Assembly (NCBI RefSeq): GCF_009931435.1
Contig: NZ_CP043414.1
Direction: 5' to 3' (one strand)
Source: Escherichia coli
Lineage (GTDB): Bacteria > Pseudomonadota > Gammaproteobacteria > Enterobacterales > Enterobacteriaceae
Length of the DNA: 64,000 bases
The position numbers were made by a program, and so were the translations under genes. A model generated the notes under the pieces. The model did not search any database, had not been told where the DNA came from, and saw only the letters and a program-made list of their open reading frames with translations. Shown here in pieces: positions 1 through 16,063 of this stretch (position 1 is its first letter; each line of letters opens with the position of its first letter).

Positions 1-1355
1 GGGGGGTCAACTTTGGTAATCGACAGTGGGCGATAAATGCCGTAGCTGCCGATAGTTGCGTAGACTCGCGCTAACTGTAACGGTGTTACCATTAGCCCGT
101 AGCCGAAAGAGAAGGTGGCCCTCTCTATGTCAGACCACCGTTGTTTTTGAGGATATAAGCCACTGCGTTCTCCGACCAACCCCAAATTGGTCGCTTTTCC
201 CAGTCCAAAACGTGAGTAAGTATCTACTAACGCTGAGGACGGCATCGCTAACGCCAGTTTGGAAACACCGACGTTACTCGACTTCTGTAATACCCCGGTC
301 AGGGTTAATTCGCTGTAGCGTGCCACGTCTTTGATTTCGTGGCCGTTAATTCGATAAGGAACGGTATTCAGTACCGAGTTTTCTCGCACCACGCCACGTT
401 GCAACGCGGTCATCACCACCATCGGTTTGACCGTTGAGCCCGGTTCAAAGACGTCGGTAATGGTACGGTTACGCATCGCCTCTTTCGGCGTGCCACTCAG
501 ATTGTTTGGGTTGTATGACGGGCTGTTAGCCATCGCCAGCACTTCACCGGTGTTGACATCCACCAGCACGGCGCTACCAGATTCAGCTTTGTTAAAGGCC
601 ACCGCGTTGTTCAGTTCGCGATAAACCAGCGCCTGCAGGCGTTCATCAATACTCAGCGCCAGGTTGTGCGCCGCCTGACTGTCGGTGGAAGAGATATCTT
701 CAATTACGCGACCATAGCGGTCTTTACGCACAATGCGCTCACCCGGCTGCCCGGTAAGCCATTTATCGAAACTCTTCTCGACGCCCTCAATCCCCTGACT
801 ATCGACGTTAGTAAAGCCGATGAGGTGAGCGGTCACTTCGCCGGATGGATAATAACGGCGAGATTCTTCACGCAGATGAATCCCCGGCAGTTTCAGTTTT
901 TTGATGTACTCTGCCATGTCAGGGTTTACCTGACGCGCCAGATAAATAAAGCGCCCTTTCGGGTTAGCGTTAATGCGAGCTGAGAGCTGATCCAATGGAA
1001 TGTTGAGCGCGTTAGCCAACGCCTTCCAGCGGTCACCGACGCTGATACCACCAGCGTCATGCACCTCTTTCGGGTCAGCCCAAATCGCTTTTACCGGCAC
1101 GCTCACCGCTAACGGGCGACCAGAACGGTCAGTAATCATGCCGCGGGAGGTGGAAACTTGCTGAACGCGAAGAGAACGCATGTCGCCCTCTTTTACCAGC
1201 ATATCCGGGGAGATAACTTGTAACCACGCTACGCGTCCGAGCAGAAAAGCCAGCGCCAGGAGAATACAGCCGCATAACAACGCAAAACGCCAACTGATAA
1301 AGTTGGCATGTTCTTCCTGACGTTTTGGTTTCTGCGTTTTCGCCGCTGCTTTCAT
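1..1355 (-). CDS. ftsI: Peptidoglycan transpeptidase FtsI (PBP3), N-terminal part; 3' end lies beyond window start
   Basis: Reverse-strand frame open from window start to ATG at 1353-1355; N-terminus MKAAAKTQKPKR; 15 nt downstream of ftsL stop as in the dcw cluster. Confidence 0.85.
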   Translation of the reverse strand, partial: MKAAAKTQKPKRQEEHANFISWRFALLCGCILLALAFLLGRVAWLQVISPDMLVKEGDMRSLRVQQVSTSRGMITDRSGRPLAVSVPVKAIWADPKEVHDAGGISVGDRWKALANALNIPLDQLSARINANPKGRFIYLARQVNPDMAEYIKKLKLPGIHLREESRRYYPSGEVTAHLIGFTNVDSQGIEGVEKSFDKWLTGQPGERIVRKDRYGRVIEDISSTDSQAAHNLALSIDERLQALVYRELNNAVAFNKAESGSAVLVDVNTGEVLAMANSPSYNPNNLSGTPKEAMRNRTITDVFEPGSTVKPMVVMTALQRGVVRENSVLNTVPYRINGHEIKDVARYSELTLTGVLQKSSNVGVSKLALAMPSSALVDTYSRFGLGKATNLGLVGERSGLYPQKQRWSDIERATFSFGYGLMVTPLQLARVYATIGSYGIYRPLSITKVDP

Positions 1356-1370
1356 GCGTCGCGTTTATCC

Positions 1371-1736
1371 TTATTTTTGCACTACGATATTTTCTTGTGA
1401 CGGATCAACATGCTGCATTTGCAGCTTTTCCGTGGCGATCCTTTCCACCCGGCTATGGTCGCCGAGCGCATTCTCTTCAAGGATCAGGTTGCGCCATTCA
1501 ATGTCTAAAGCATCTCGCTCCAGCACCAGTTGTTCGCGCTGAGCGGTCAGTAAACGGGTATGGTGCGCCGTGGTTACCACGGTCACCGCCGTCAAAATAA
1601 TGCAAATGAACAGGCAGAGTGGCAGCTTCCCAAATCGCAAAAGATCGTCACCGATAACACCAGGCAATGCATGGCGCTCGTGGCTTCCCATCGATCCTTT
1701 AACTTTGCTTAGAGCTTCTGTCACTCTGCTGATCAT
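1371..1736 (-). CDS. ftsL: Cell division protein FtsL
   Basis: 121-aa ORF; recognised FtsL sequence; single TM segment; ATGA overlap with rsmH stop. Confidence 0.9.
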
Positions 1737-2674
1737 GCGTTCGTCCTCTCTGCAATACGCAGAACTGAACTACGGGCACGAGGGTTCTCAGCCACCTCTT
1801 CTTCGCCCGGCATTAACTTGCCTAGTGCTCGCAGCTGACGGCCACCCAGTTTTTTGAGCTGCTCTTCAGTCATCGGTAACCCTGCCGGAACTTGCGGACC
1901 ACGGCTGTTTTCACGCATAAAGCGTTTCACAATGCGGTCTTCCAGCGAGTGGAAGCTGATGATCGAGAGCCGCCCCCCCGGGGCCAGCACGTTGAGCGAG
2001 CTTTTTAGCGCCTGCTCTATCTCCTCCAGTTCACTGTTTACCCAAATGCGCACCGCCTGGAAGGTACGGGTCGCGGGATGTTTGAATTTGTCTTTCACCG
2101 GCGTTGCGGCAGCCACGACTTCCGCCAGTTCTTTGGTGCGGGTCATCGGCTGTTCGCGGTTTCGCTCGACAATGGCGCGGGCAATGCGTTTGGCAAAACG
2201 CTCTTCACCATAGGTTTTCAATACCCAGGCGATATCGGCTTCTTCTGCGGTTTGTAGCCATTCAGCGGCTGACTGCCCACGGGTTGGGTCCATACGCATG
2301 TCCAGCGGGCCATCGCGCATAAAGGAAAAGCCGCGTTCTGCATCATCAAGTTGCGGTGAAGAGACACCAAGATCGAGGAGAATGCCGTCGATCTTGCCGA
2401 TAAGATCGCGCTCGGCAACGTATTCGCCCAGCGCGGAGAAAGGTCCATGGATGATGGAGAAGCGCGGATCATCAATAGTCTTCGCAACGGCGATAGCCTG
2501 CGGGTCGCGATCGATCGCCAGCAAACGCCCCTCTTCGCCAAGCTGCGAGAGGATCAGACGTGAGTGACCACCGCGACCAAAAGTCCCATCAATGTAGATG
2601 CCATCAGGACGGATATTGAGGCCATTAACGGCTTCATCCAGCAGCACCGTAGTATGTTTATAGTTTTCCATCAT
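1733..2674 (-). CDS. rsmH: 16S rRNA m4C1402 methyltransferase RsmH (MraW)
   Basis: ORF-track frame 1733..2803 trimmed to conserved [15 protein letters not shown] start (313 aa); the longer ORF would overlap mraZ. Confidence 0.9.
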
Positions 2675-2675
2675 T

Positions 2676-3134
2676 TTATAGAGACAAGTCCTGCAGTCGC
2701 TCCGATAAGTCTCCAGTAGCCAACTGCTCTGCGTCGATATCTTCCTTGACCTGTTGATGCCAGGTTGTTTCATCCCACAGCTCAAACTTGTTGAACTGTC
2801 CAACCAGCATCACTTCTTTTGTCAGACCGGCATGTTGCCGCAGTACTGGCGCGATTAACAATCGACCGGCGCCATCCATCTGACATTCGCTGGCATGACC
2901 TAACAGAAGGCGCTGCACACGGCGCTCAACCGGGTTCATGCTCGACAGACGCGATAATTTTTGCTCGATAATTTCCCATTCAGGCAGGGGGTAAAGCAGC
3001 AGGCACGGGTGATGAATGTCAATGGTGCAAACCATTTGACCGGCAGCGTTCTCAAGCAGCTGTTCCCGATAACGGGTAGGCACTGATAAGCGCCCTTTGC
3101 TGTCGAGATTGACTAACGTTGCTCCCCGGAACAT
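2676..3134 (-). CDS. mraZ: Transcriptional regulator MraZ
   Basis: Frame 2676..3170 trimmed to conserved [19 protein letters not shown] start (152 aa). Confidence 0.9.
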
Positions 3135-3149
3135 GCCAGCCTCACCCCT

Positions 3150-3216
3150 TATTCCCACTTTGCCCCACAATTTCCCACTGAAAGGAGTTTACGGAGCGGA
3201 GGAAAAGCTTGTCAAG
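3150..3216 (-). promoter_or_regulatory. Pmra promoter with MraZ operator: three GTGGG direct repeats at 10-bp spacing
   Basis: Minus-strand TTGACA (3210-3215), 18-nt spacer, TAAACT; three CCCAC motifs on plus strand at about 3154, 3164, 3174, immediately upstream of mraZ. Confidence 0.55.
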
Positions 3217-3734
3217 CCAGTCACAAGGCATACCGAGGTAAAAAACCCGATGTTTACGGCTAATATCAGCGTTGTTTATTTTACGTCCAACGTGCGAAGC
3301 AAATTAACGTTATGAATAGCTGTAAGAAAAAATCCCTCATCGTCATCACCGTTTTAAAATGACTAACTATTTTCCACAGCAAATATAAAGTGTCAGTTTG
3401 CGACGCGAGCGGCATTTTAGGACATATCTTCCCCGGTTAACAGTCCCTGTTGCGTCTGTGTGGCGCTTGATGCCAGCAGGTTTGCGCAAAAGCAAAGAAA
3501 AGTGTTTGTTAAATCGGCAATTCATCTCTGCATGTAACAAAATAATGCAAAAACGCTCTGTCAATATTGCTTAATTATTGTGAATTTCAGCAGGTGAGTT
3601 AATTAATGGGCGGGTTTAAAAGCATTTATCAATAATAGCCAGGAATAGTCTTATTTACTTTAAGGATATTGATGTCCATTCCCGTACTCGACGCGCCAAT
3701 GAGAAATTCACTGGCGCGTATTTTTGTTCGCGGC

Positions 3735-4739
3735 TTAGTTACGGCTGAGCACGCCGCGGCGATAGAGATTACGTTTAATGCGCGTTAACCCAGGTTTTGG
3801 CTTACGCGGTTCGTCCAGGCTTGCCAGGACAATTTCCAGCACACGCTCTGCGACATCGCGGTGACGTTGAGCCACTGCCAGCACCGGGCACTGTAAGAAG
3901 TCGAGCAGTTCGTTATCGCCAAAGGTGGCAATTGCCAGGTCAGAAGGCAGTTTGCCATCGCGACGCAGCGTGACATCCATCACCCCTTGCAACAACGCAA
4001 ACGACGTTGTGAACAGCGCCTGCGGCATCGGATGCGTTTCCAGCCATTTTTCGAATAACTGGGCAGCCGCCTCCCGCTCATAACTGTTGGCATAAAGGAA
4101 ATGCACTTCGCGCGGATCATCTTTCCAGGCAGTACGGAAACCTTGCTCACGCAAGAAGCTCACAGAAAGCTCCGGCAGCGCGCCAAGATAAAGCACCGTC
4201 TCGGCGGGAAACTTACGTAACTCTTCCGCCAGCATTTCGGCATCATCCTGATCGGCACCAACCACGCTGGTGAAGTGTTCACGATCGAGGGCGCGGTCCA
4301 GCGCGACAATCGGGAACGGGTCGTTAGCCCAGCGTTGATAAAAAGGATGCTCTGGTGGCAACGACGTCGAAACAATAATGGCATCAACCTGACGCTGTAG
4401 AAGATGCTCAATACAACGCATTTCGTTGTCTGGCTGATCTTCTGAGCAAGCAATCAGCAGTTGATAACCCCGTTGCCGCGCCTGACGTTCAAGATAATTA
4501 GCGATGCGGGTATAGCTGGTGTTCTCCAGATCGGGGATCACAAGACCAATAGAACGTGTGCGTCCAGCACGAAGCCCAGCTGCCACGGCGTTCGGGTGGT
4601 AATTGTGCTCACGCACCACAGCCATGACTTTTTCAACGGTTTTGTCGCTCACACGGTATTGCTTCGCTTTGCCGTTAATAACATAGCTTGCAGTGGTCCG
4701 CGACACTCCCGCTAGCCGAGCGATTTCATCCAGTTTCAC
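3735..4739 (-). CDS. cra: Catabolite repressor/activator Cra (FruR), LacI family
   Basis: 334-aa ORF; recognised Cra sequence with N-terminal HTH; GTG start. Confidence 0.95.
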   Translation of the reverse strand: MKLDEIARLAGVSRTTASYVINGKAKQYRVSDKTVEKVMAVVREHNYHPNAVAAGLRAGRTRSIGLVIPDLENTSYTRIANYLERQARQRGYQLLIACSEDQPDNEMRCIEHLLQRQVDAIIVSTSLPPEHPFYQRWANDPFPIVALDRALDREHFTSVVGADQDDAEMLAEELRKFPAETVLYLGALPELSVSFLREQGFRTAWKDDPREVHFLYANSYEREAAAQLFEKWLETHPMPQALFTTSFALLQGVMDVTLRRDGKLPSDLAIATFGDNELLDFLQCPVLAVAQRHRDVAERVLEIVLASLDEPRKPKPGLTRIKRNLYRRGVLSRN

Positions 4740-4862
4740 AATTGCCCCTTGCGTAAAATGTAAAAACCATAGCCATTGTACTGGTATGGGTTAAATTCAT
4801 TAACATCTAAGCGCAGAAAATTAACTGCGGCAACTGCTTTTATTCCAGGTTCCCACTGAATT

Positions 4863-4893
4863 CGCAAAAAAAGCCCAACGTGACATGTTGGGC
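4863..4893 (-). terminator. Rho-independent terminator downstream of ilvH
   Basis: Minus-strand hairpin GCCCAACATGTCACGTTGGGC followed by TTTTTTT, about 25 nt after ilvH stop. Confidence 0.55.
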
Positions 4894-4918
4894 TGCAAAT
4901 TGCGCATTGAGATCATTC

Positions 4919-5410
4919 TCAACGCATTATTTTATCGCCGCGCGAAAGTCCAACTACACCAGAGCGAGCAACTTCCACAATTTTCGCCACATCGCGAATC
5001 GATGTTAAAAATGCATCAAGCTTATCGCTGGTGCCTGCCAGTTGGACGGTGTAAAGCGATGGCGTGACATCGATGATTTGCCCACGAAATATTTCCGTAT
5101 TGCGCTTCACTTCGTCACGTCCGTAGCCGCTGGCCTGAATTTTCACCAGCATAATTTCCCGCTCGACGTGCGCCCCCTGCCCCAGCTCGCTCACGCGCAA
5201 GACATCGACCAGTTTGTGTAATTGCTTTTCGATCTGCTCAAGCACTTTTTCATCGCCCACGGTCTGGATGGTCATACGCGATAATGTCGGATCGTCGGTG
5301 GGCGCAACGGTCAGGCTTTCAATGTTGTACCCACGTTGGGAAAAAAGGCCAATCACGCGGGATAACGCGCCTGATTCATTTTCGAGTAAGACTGATAATA
5401 TCCGGCGCAT
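4919..5410 (-). CDS. ilvH: Acetolactate synthase III small (regulatory) subunit
   Basis: Frame 4919..5440 trimmed to conserved [19 protein letters not shown] start (163 aa); adjacent to ilvI stop. Confidence 0.9.
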   Translation of the reverse strand: MRRILSVLLENESGALSRVIGLFSQRGYNIESLTVAPTDDPTLSRMTIQTVGDEKVLEQIEKQLHKLVDVLRVSELGQGAHVEREIMLVKIQASGYGRDEVKRNTEIFRGQIIDVTPSLYTVQLAGTSDKLDAFLTSIRDVAKIVEVARSGVVGLSRGDKIMR

Positions 5411-5412
5411 AA

Positions 5413-7137
5413 TCAGGTTCTCTCCGTTTTGCTTAACCACATTTCATCCATTCCACCCCCGCGAATCTGCATCGGGTAGACGTGCTCACTGCCATCGACG
5501 GTAACATCAACAAAGACCAGACGATTATTGCGCACCTGTTCCAGCGCCTCGCTAAGTTTGCTTTCCAGCTCTTGCGGATGAGAAATCTGGATCCCAACAT
5601 GCCCATAGGCTTCCGCCAGACGGACGAAATCGGGTAGCGATTGCATATAAGATTGTGAATGGCGGCCGGAATAGATCATGTCCTGCCACTGCTTCACCAT
5701 CCCCAGATAGCGATTATTAAGATTCACCACCAATACCGGCAACTCGTATTGCAAGGCGGTAGACAGTTCCTGAATGTTCATCTGAATACTGCCGTCACCA
5801 GTGACGCAAACCACGGTTTCTTCTGGCAGCGCCATTTTGACGCCCAGTGCCGCAGGTAAACCAAACCCCATCGTGCCGAGGCCACCAGAGTTAATCCAGC
5901 GACGCGGTTTGTCGAAAGGATAATAAAGTGCGGCGAACATCTGGTGCTGCCCGACATCAGACGTCACGTAAGCGTCCCCCTTCGTCAGTCGCCAAAGAGT
6001 CTCGATAACCGCCTGCGGTTTAATCTTTTCACTGTGAATATCGTATTTCAGGCACTGACGAGCACGCCACTGTTCAATCTGCTGCCACCAATCGCGGATC
6101 TCATCCAGCGGTTGATGGGCAGATTCTTGCGACAGGAGTTCAAGTATTTGTTCGAGGACCTGGCGGGCATCTCCAACAATCGGGATATCAGCAGTCACAG
6201 TTTTAGAAATGGAAGTAGGATCAATATCGATATGCAGAACCGTGGCATTTGGGCAGTACTTCGCCAGATTGTTCGTCGTTCGATCATCAAAACGTACCCC
6301 GACGGCAAAAATCACATCCGCGTTATGCATCGTCATATTGGCTTCGTAGGTACCGTGCATTCCCAACATGCCCAGTGCCTGACGATGCGTTGCTGGAAAC
6401 GCCCCCAGCCCCATTAATGAGGAAACAACGGGCAGATTCAACGCCTCCACCGTGTCTTTCAACTGCTGATGGCAGCCCGCCGTGATTGCCCCACCGCCTA
6501 CATACACAACCGGTTTTTTTGCCGCCACCAGCGTTTGCAGAGCGCGCTTAATTTGCCCTTTATGTCCGGAGGTCGTGGGATTATAAGACCGCATACTGAC
6601 CGACTCCGGCCAGACATAGGGTAATTTGTTCGCCGGATTTAGAATATCTTTCGGTAAATCAACGACCACGGGTCCAGGACGACCACTTGCCGCCAGCCAG
6701 AAAGCCTTTTTCAGCACCTGCGGAATGTCTTCCGTTTGCTTAACCAGAAAACTGTGCTTCACCACTGGGCGGGAAATTCCCACCATGTCGCACTCCTGAA
6801 AAGCATCGTAGCCTATCAACGAAGTTGCTACCTGCCCGGAAAGAACAACCAAGGGAATGGAGTCCATATAAGCGGTGGCGATGCCGGTAATCGCATTGGT
6901 CGCCCCTGGCCCCGATGTTACCAGCACGACGCCGACTTCCCCGGTCGCGCGTGCCAGACCATCGGCCATATGCACCGCCGCCTGCTCATGACGAACTAAT
7001 ACATGATCGATACCACCCACGGTATGCAATGCATCGTAAATATCAAGGACCGCGCCTCCGGGATAACCGAATACTTGTTTAACGCCCTGATCGATAAGCG
7101 ATCGGACGACCATCTCGGCTCCAGACAACATCTCCAT
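5413..7137 (-). CDS. ilvI: Acetolactate synthase III large subunit (ThDP-dependent)
   Basis: Frame 5413..7149 trimmed to conserved [14 protein letters not shown] start (574 aa). Confidence 0.9.
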   Translation of the reverse strand: MEMLSGAEMVVRSLIDQGVKQVFGYPGGAVLDIYDALHTVGGIDHVLVRHEQAAVHMADGLARATGEVGVVLVTSGPGATNAITGIATAYMDSIPLVVLSGQVATSLIGYDAFQECDMVGISRPVVKHSFLVKQTEDIPQVLKKAFWLAASGRPGPVVVDLPKDILNPANKLPYVWPESVSMRSYNPTTSGHKGQIKRALQTLVAAKKPVVYVGGGAITAGCHQQLKDTVEALNLPVVSSLMGLGAFPATHRQALGMLGMHGTYEANMTMHNADVIFAVGVRFDDRTTNNLAKYCPNATVLHIDIDPTSISKTVTADIPIVGDARQVLEQILELLSQESAHQPLDEIRDWWQQIEQWRARQCLKYDIHSEKIKPQAVIETLWRLTKGDAYVTSDVGQHQMFAALYYPFDKPRRWINSGGLGTMGFGLPAALGVKMALPEETVVCVTGDGSIQMNIQELSTALQYELPVLVVNLNNRYLGMVKQWQDMIYSGRHSQSYMQSLPDFVRLAEAYGHVGIQISHPQELESKLSEALEQVRNNRLVFVDVTVDGSEHVYPMQIRGGGMDEMWLSKTERT

Positions 7138-7261
7138 GGCCTGCCTCACTGTTTAACGGAAAAATGTGTAAAACACATTAACCGCCCGATCTTGCTTAAG
7201 CAATTGGTAGCCAGAGACATAAATACGAGGTAATAAGAATAAACAGGAGGAAAGGTGAAAA

Positions 7262-7291
7262 GAAACGATAAAATCCTCCATTACGGAGGAT
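7262..7291 (-). terminator. Probable leuO terminator hairpin in the ilvIH upstream region
   Basis: Inverted repeat ATCCTCC-ATTAC-GGAGGAT with T-rich tract on the minus strand, about 165 nt after leuO stop. Confidence 0.4.
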
Positions 7292-7453
7292 TAAATTGAT
7301 AATAAATCGGCTAAATCCCACAACTTACAGCAATTTCTCTATTTTTTTAATTAATCCTAAAATAGTGAACTCACACATTCAGAATAAAATTCTATATTCA
7401 ATAAAAAATACAGAATAAATCAGTAATCAATATCTGACCTATTCTGCATTCAG

Positions 7454-8398
7454 TTAGCGTTTGCAAATTGAGACTAATTGCTCTTCCATCCACTGATGGC
7501 CTTTGTCGCGCCCGGCAGCTTCATGCCAGGAGAGATAACAGGTTCTGCTATTTTGTTTTAATGGCAGCGGTAATACCTGTAACTCTAAAGATTCAGCGAA
7601 CTCTTCAGCCAGCCAACGCGGCGCAATAGCGACCAGATGCGTTTGCGACACCACGCTCAGTACACTCATCATTGCCATGCCCTGATACGCGATACTGGCT
7701 TGTTTATCTACCGTGTCATACCACGGTTGACTAAATGACGCGAAACGATCGAGCGAAACTGCCGCATGTTGTTCGTTATAAACATCATGTTTCAGTAACG
7801 GGCCTTTAATTGTTGGATGATTTTTGCTGGCTACCAGCACCATTTCATCTTTAAATAATGGCACACTGGTAAATTCAGGACGATGGAAGTCTTCATAACT
7901 AATCACAAACTCCGTTTCCTGATAACGCAGTTGATGTTCAGTGTTCTGATTTAATGAAGACTTGAACATAACATGTATATTTGGCGCAGTTTGCTCAATG
8001 TGATTATAAATCTGCGAGGTCAGAATGCTGTCTAACGGACTGCAAACACAAAGATGAAATACACGTTCACTGCTCGCGGGTTCAAAACCTGAACCTGGCA
8101 ATTCATTTTGTACTAATTGCAATGCCTGACGAACTGAACCAAAAAGTTGAAATGCGCGAGCAGTCGGTTGAATGCCACGGCCATAACGAACAAAAAGCTC
8201 GTCATTAAACATCACCTTCAGGCGTGCAACCGCGTTACTGACCGCAGGTTGCGACATCCCCAGAACATGAGCGGCACGGGTGATGTTTTGCTCCTGCATC
8301 ACGGCATCGAAAACGGTTAATAAGTTGAGATCGACCATGCGTAGTTGTGGCTTGCTTAACTCCGCCGTCTCTGGTTGATCTGTTTGTACCTCTGGCAT
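7454..8398 (-). CDS. leuO: LysR-family transcriptional regulator LeuO
   Basis: Frame 7454..8482 trimmed to conserved MPEVQTD start (314 aa); HTH near N-terminus; AT-rich divergent region shared with the leu operon. Confidence 0.85.
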   Translation of the reverse strand: MPEVQTDQPETAELSKPQLRMVDLNLLTVFDAVMQEQNITRAAHVLGMSQPAVSNAVARLKVMFNDELFVRYGRGIQPTARAFQLFGSVRQALQLVQNELPGSGFEPASSERVFHLCVCSPLDSILTSQIYNHIEQTAPNIHVMFKSSLNQNTEHQLRYQETEFVISYEDFHRPEFTSVPLFKDEMVLVASKNHPTIKGPLLKHDVYNEQHAAVSLDRFASFSQPWYDTVDKQASIAYQGMAMMSVLSVVSQTHLVAIAPRWLAEEFAESLELQVLPLPLKQNSRTCYLSWHEAAGRDKGHQWMEEQLVSICKR

Positions 8399-9056
8399 AC
8401 TTAACTCCACTGTCACACTTAACTCCCTTTCCCTTATTGGAATGCAGAGAAATAATCCTCGAGAATATGATTTATCATGCATATAAAATAAGAAAAAGGA
8501 AAATGAGAAAAATTAGGAAAACATAAAGATACGGGTTCTTATAAAAACAGAACCCATTGCCGAGTAAAGAGTCATTTACCGCAGCATAATAATCCATAAT
8601 GTTTTTGTTGCGAAAACAATCTAATCATAACTACCGCGAATACTCAATCATCCACAAAATGGATTAAATGTGCTTTTTTAATAATTAATTTATATGTTTA
8701 ATGCATTAATTCTTAACATTAATAGAACAATAATATTCACCAAATGAATATCAAAAAATTAGCAAAACATATAATTCAATACAAATCATCAAGATAGGTT
8801 TTGTAACGCGTGCATTTTATCCCCCTTTTCCTCGTTGATTAGATGCAAAAATTTATTCTGAAATATGTCAACCGATGAAAAGCGTCGGTGGTTAAGCAGA
8901 AATTAATATCGCTTGTTTTAACCACCGCAGCACAATTAGCTAATTTGACGAATGCAGAACTCACTCTGGCGGAACGTTTTTGTTGCGTCAGGGTTGACAT
9001 CCGTTTTTGTATCCAGTAACTCTAAAAGCATATCGTATTCATCTGGAGCTGATTTA

Positions 9057-9143
9057 ATGACTCACATCGTTCGCTTTATCGGTCTACTACTACTAAACGC
9101 ATCTTCTTTGCGCGGTAGACGAGTGAGCGGCATTCAGCATTAA
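9057..9143 (+). CDS. leuL: leu operon leader peptide (28 aa) with four consecutive Leu codons
   Basis: ATG at 9057; [31 protein letters not shown] x4 run; followed by attenuator hairpin. Confidence 0.9.
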
Positions 9144-9161
9144 GCCAGCACGCAGTCAAAC

Positions 9162-9193
9162 AAAAAACCCGCGCCATTGCGCGGGTTTTTTTA
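9162..9193 (+). terminator. leu operon attenuator (rho-independent terminator)
   Basis: AAAACCCGCGCCATTGCGCGGGTTTTTTT between leuL stop and leuA start. Confidence 0.85.
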
Positions 9194-9235
9194 TGCCCGA
9201 AGCGAGGCGCTCAAAAAGAGACAAGGACCCAAACC

Positions 9236-11898
<2,663 letters not shown>

Positions 11899-11900
11899 TC

Positions 11901-13917
<2,017 letters not shown>

Positions 13918-13947
13918 TTTGTACACCGTCCGGCACTCAATCGCCAA

Positions 13948-14177
13948 AAAGAAAAAAGCCAGCAGATAATCACTGCTGGCGTGGCGATTAACACCAATAC
14001 TCAGTCACACATGATGTCCGCAAATCAGTAGTCAGAATGACTCCCCTCCCACTGCATCAGCTCTTCAAGCATGGTTAATCGTTGTGGGACGCTTAACCAA
14101 CGCAACCAGCACAACGTCGCTGTCGCGGTAAAATAGTGCTGATAAAACTGACGTATGGGGCACCTCCTTGCTTCATC
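13948..14177 (-). ncRNA. sgrS: SgrS small RNA (glucose-phosphate stress), divergent from sgrR
   Basis: Minus-strand RNA beginning GAUGAAGCAAGG, conserved GUGUGACUGAGUAUUGGUGU seed region, terminator hairpin GCCAGCAG/CUGCUGGC plus U-run; position between sgrR and leuD. Confidence 0.75.
14025..14156 (-). pseudogene. sgrT: sgrT-like 43-codon frame inside SgrS whose initiation codon reads ATA instead of ATG
   Basis: Frame encodes (I)RQFYQHYFTATATLCWLRWLSVPQRLTMLEELMQWEGSHSDY; codon at 14154-14156 is ATA on the minus strand; an AGGAGG lies 7 nt upstream. Confidence 0.4.
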
Positions 14178-14244
14178 GTTAGGAATTATTGACTTAATAT
14201 AGGGAAAATAAAATTGCTGACTTTTGCGCAGGAGTTCCCCTTTT

Positions 14245-15900
14245 ATGCCATCTGCTCGTCTGCAACAACAGTTCATCCGCCTGTGGCAATGCTGCGAGGG
14301 TAAATCGCAGGACACAACGCTCAACGAACTAGCGGAGTTATTGAGCTGCTCCCGTCGTCATATGCGCACCCTGCTCAATACCATGCAGGATCGCGGCTGG
14401 CTGACGTGGGAAGCGGAGGTCGGGCGCGGTAAACGCTCACGTTTAACATTCCTCTATACCGGGCTGGCGCTTCAGCAACAGCGAGCAGAGGACCTGCTGG
14501 AGCAGGATCGTATCGATCAACTGGTGCAACTGGTTGGCGACAAAGCGGCTGTGCGGCAAATGTTGGTTTCTCATTTGGGACGCAGCTTCCGCCAGGGGCG
14601 GCACATCCTGCGCGTGCTCTACTATCGTCCGTTGCGCAATCTGCTGCCCGGCAGTGCATTGCGCCGTTCCGAAACCCATATCGCCCGGCAAATCTTCAGT
14701 TCGCTAACGCGCATAAATGAGGAAAATGGGGAACTGGAAGCAGACATCGCCCACCACTGGCAGCAAATATCACCGCTTCACTGGCGCTTCTTTTTGCGTC
14801 CAGGAGTCCATTTTCATCATGGTCGTGAACTGGAAATGGACGATGTGATCGCCTCTTTAAAACGAATCAATACGCTGCCGCTTTATTCGCATATTGCGGA
14901 CATTGTGTCGCCGACGCCCTGGACGCTGGATATCCATCTCACGCAACCGGACCGCTGGTTACCGTTACTGCTGGGGCAAGTTCCGGCGATGATCCTGCCA
15001 CGAGAATGGGAAACCCTCAGTAACTTTGCCAGCCATCCCATCGGCACCGGTCCGTATGCGGTGATCCGCAACAGCACCAATCAACTGAAAATTCAGGCAT
15101 TCGATGACTTCTTCGGTTATCGCGCATTAATCGACGAAGTAAATGTCTGGGTTCTGCCAGAAATTGCCGACGAGCCAGCCGGCGGTCTGATGCTAAAAGG
15201 GCCGCAGGGCGAGGAAAAAGAGATTGAAAGTCGGCTGGAGGAAGGTTGCTACTATTTACTGTTCGACAGCCGCACCCATCGCGGGGCGAACCAGGCGGTA
15301 AGAGACTGGGTAAGCTATGTTCTCTCCCCCACCAACCTGGTCTATTTTGCCGAAGAACAGTACCAGCAACTCTGGTTTCCAGCCTACGGGCTGTTGCCGC
15401 GCTGGCATCATGCCCACCCGACGCATTGCGAAAAACCCGCCGGGCTGGAAAACCTCACCCTGACTTTTTATCAGGATCATATTGAGCATCGAGTGATTGC
15501 CGGGATCATGAAGCAGATTCTGGCAAGTTATCAGGTCACACTGAAAATTAAAGAGATCAGCTACGATCAGTGGCACGAAGGAGAGATCGAAAGTGACATC
15601 TGGCTTAACAGCGCCAACTTTACGCTGCCGCTGGATTTTTCGCTGTTCGCGCACTTGTGCGAGGTGCCGCTGCTCCAACACTGTATTCCGATCGACTGGC
15701 AAGCCGACGCCGCCCGCTGGCGCAATGGCGAAATGAATCTGGCGAACTGGTGCCAGCAACTGGTCGCCAGTAAAGCAATGGTGCCACTTATCCACCACTG
15801 GCTGATCATTCAGGGGCAACGCAGTATGCGCGGTCTGCGTATGAACACCCTCGGCTGGTTCGATTTTAAATCCGCGTGGTTTGCGCCGCCGGATCCATGA
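14245..15900 (+). CDS. sgrR: Transcriptional regulator SgrR (HTH plus solute-binding-protein-like domain)
   Basis: Frame 14224..15900 trimmed to conserved [15 protein letters not shown] start (551 aa). Confidence 0.9.
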   Translation: MPSARLQQQFIRLWQCCEGKSQDTTLNELAELLSCSRRHMRTLLNTMQDRGWLTWEAEVGRGKRSRLTFLYTGLALQQQRAEDLLEQDRIDQLVQLVGDKAAVRQMLVSHLGRSFRQGRHILRVLYYRPLRNLLPGSALRRSETHIARQIFSSLTRINEENGELEADIAHHWQQISPLHWRFFLRPGVHFHHGRELEMDDVIASLKRINTLPLYSHIADIVSPTPWTLDIHLTQPDRWLPLLLGQVPAMILPREWETLSNFASHPIGTGPYAVIRNSTNQLKIQAFDDFFGYRALIDEVNVWVLPEIADEPAGGLMLKGPQGEEKEIESRLEEGCYYLLFDSRTHRGANQAVRDWVSYVLSPTNLVYFAEEQYQQLWFPAYGLLPRWHHAHPTHCEKPAGLENLTLTFYQDHIEHRVIAGIMKQILASYQVTLKIKEISYDQWHEGEIESDIWLNSANFTLPLDFSLFAHLCEVPLLQHCIPIDWQADAARWRNGEMNLANWCQQLVASKAMVPLIHHWLIIQGQRSMRGLRMNTLGWFDFKSAWFAPPDP

Positions 15901-15934
15901 TTGCTGGTTGATAACAAAATCACTACACTAACGC

Positions 15935-16020
15935 CGTTCTCAACGGGGTGCCACGCTGCCGCGTGCGCTGAGAAAATACCCGTCGAACCTGATCCGGATA
16001 ACGCCGGCGAAGGGATTTGA
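15935..16020 (+). promoter_or_regulatory. TPP riboswitch (THI-box) in the thiBPQ leader
   Basis: Conserved elements GGGGTGCC ... CTGAGA ... ACCTGATCCGGATAACGCCGGCGAAGGGA directly upstream of thiB. Confidence 0.8.
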
Positions 16021-16063
16021 GGCTCCTTCTCAAGTCCTTTGCCACTCTTCTTTGAGGTGCAAA

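Noticed and set aside
1733-2803. N-terminal extensions in the ORF track for rsmH, mraZ, ilvI, ilvH, leuO, sgrR, thiB, thiQ, araC, araB, araD, djlA, apaG, folA, kefC, carA, ispH
   Set aside because: The longest-ORF starts are alternative or upstream codons that overlap neighbouring genes; conserved N-termini and SD positions support the shorter starts used in the feature table.
3367-3564. 65-aa ORF between cra and mraZ
   Set aside because: Falls in the intergenic region upstream of Pmra; no SD; composition not protein-like.
8952-9143. 63-aa ORF-track frame containing leuL
   Set aside because: Only the last 28 codons (from ATG 9057) are the leader peptide; the upstream extension relies on an alternative start.
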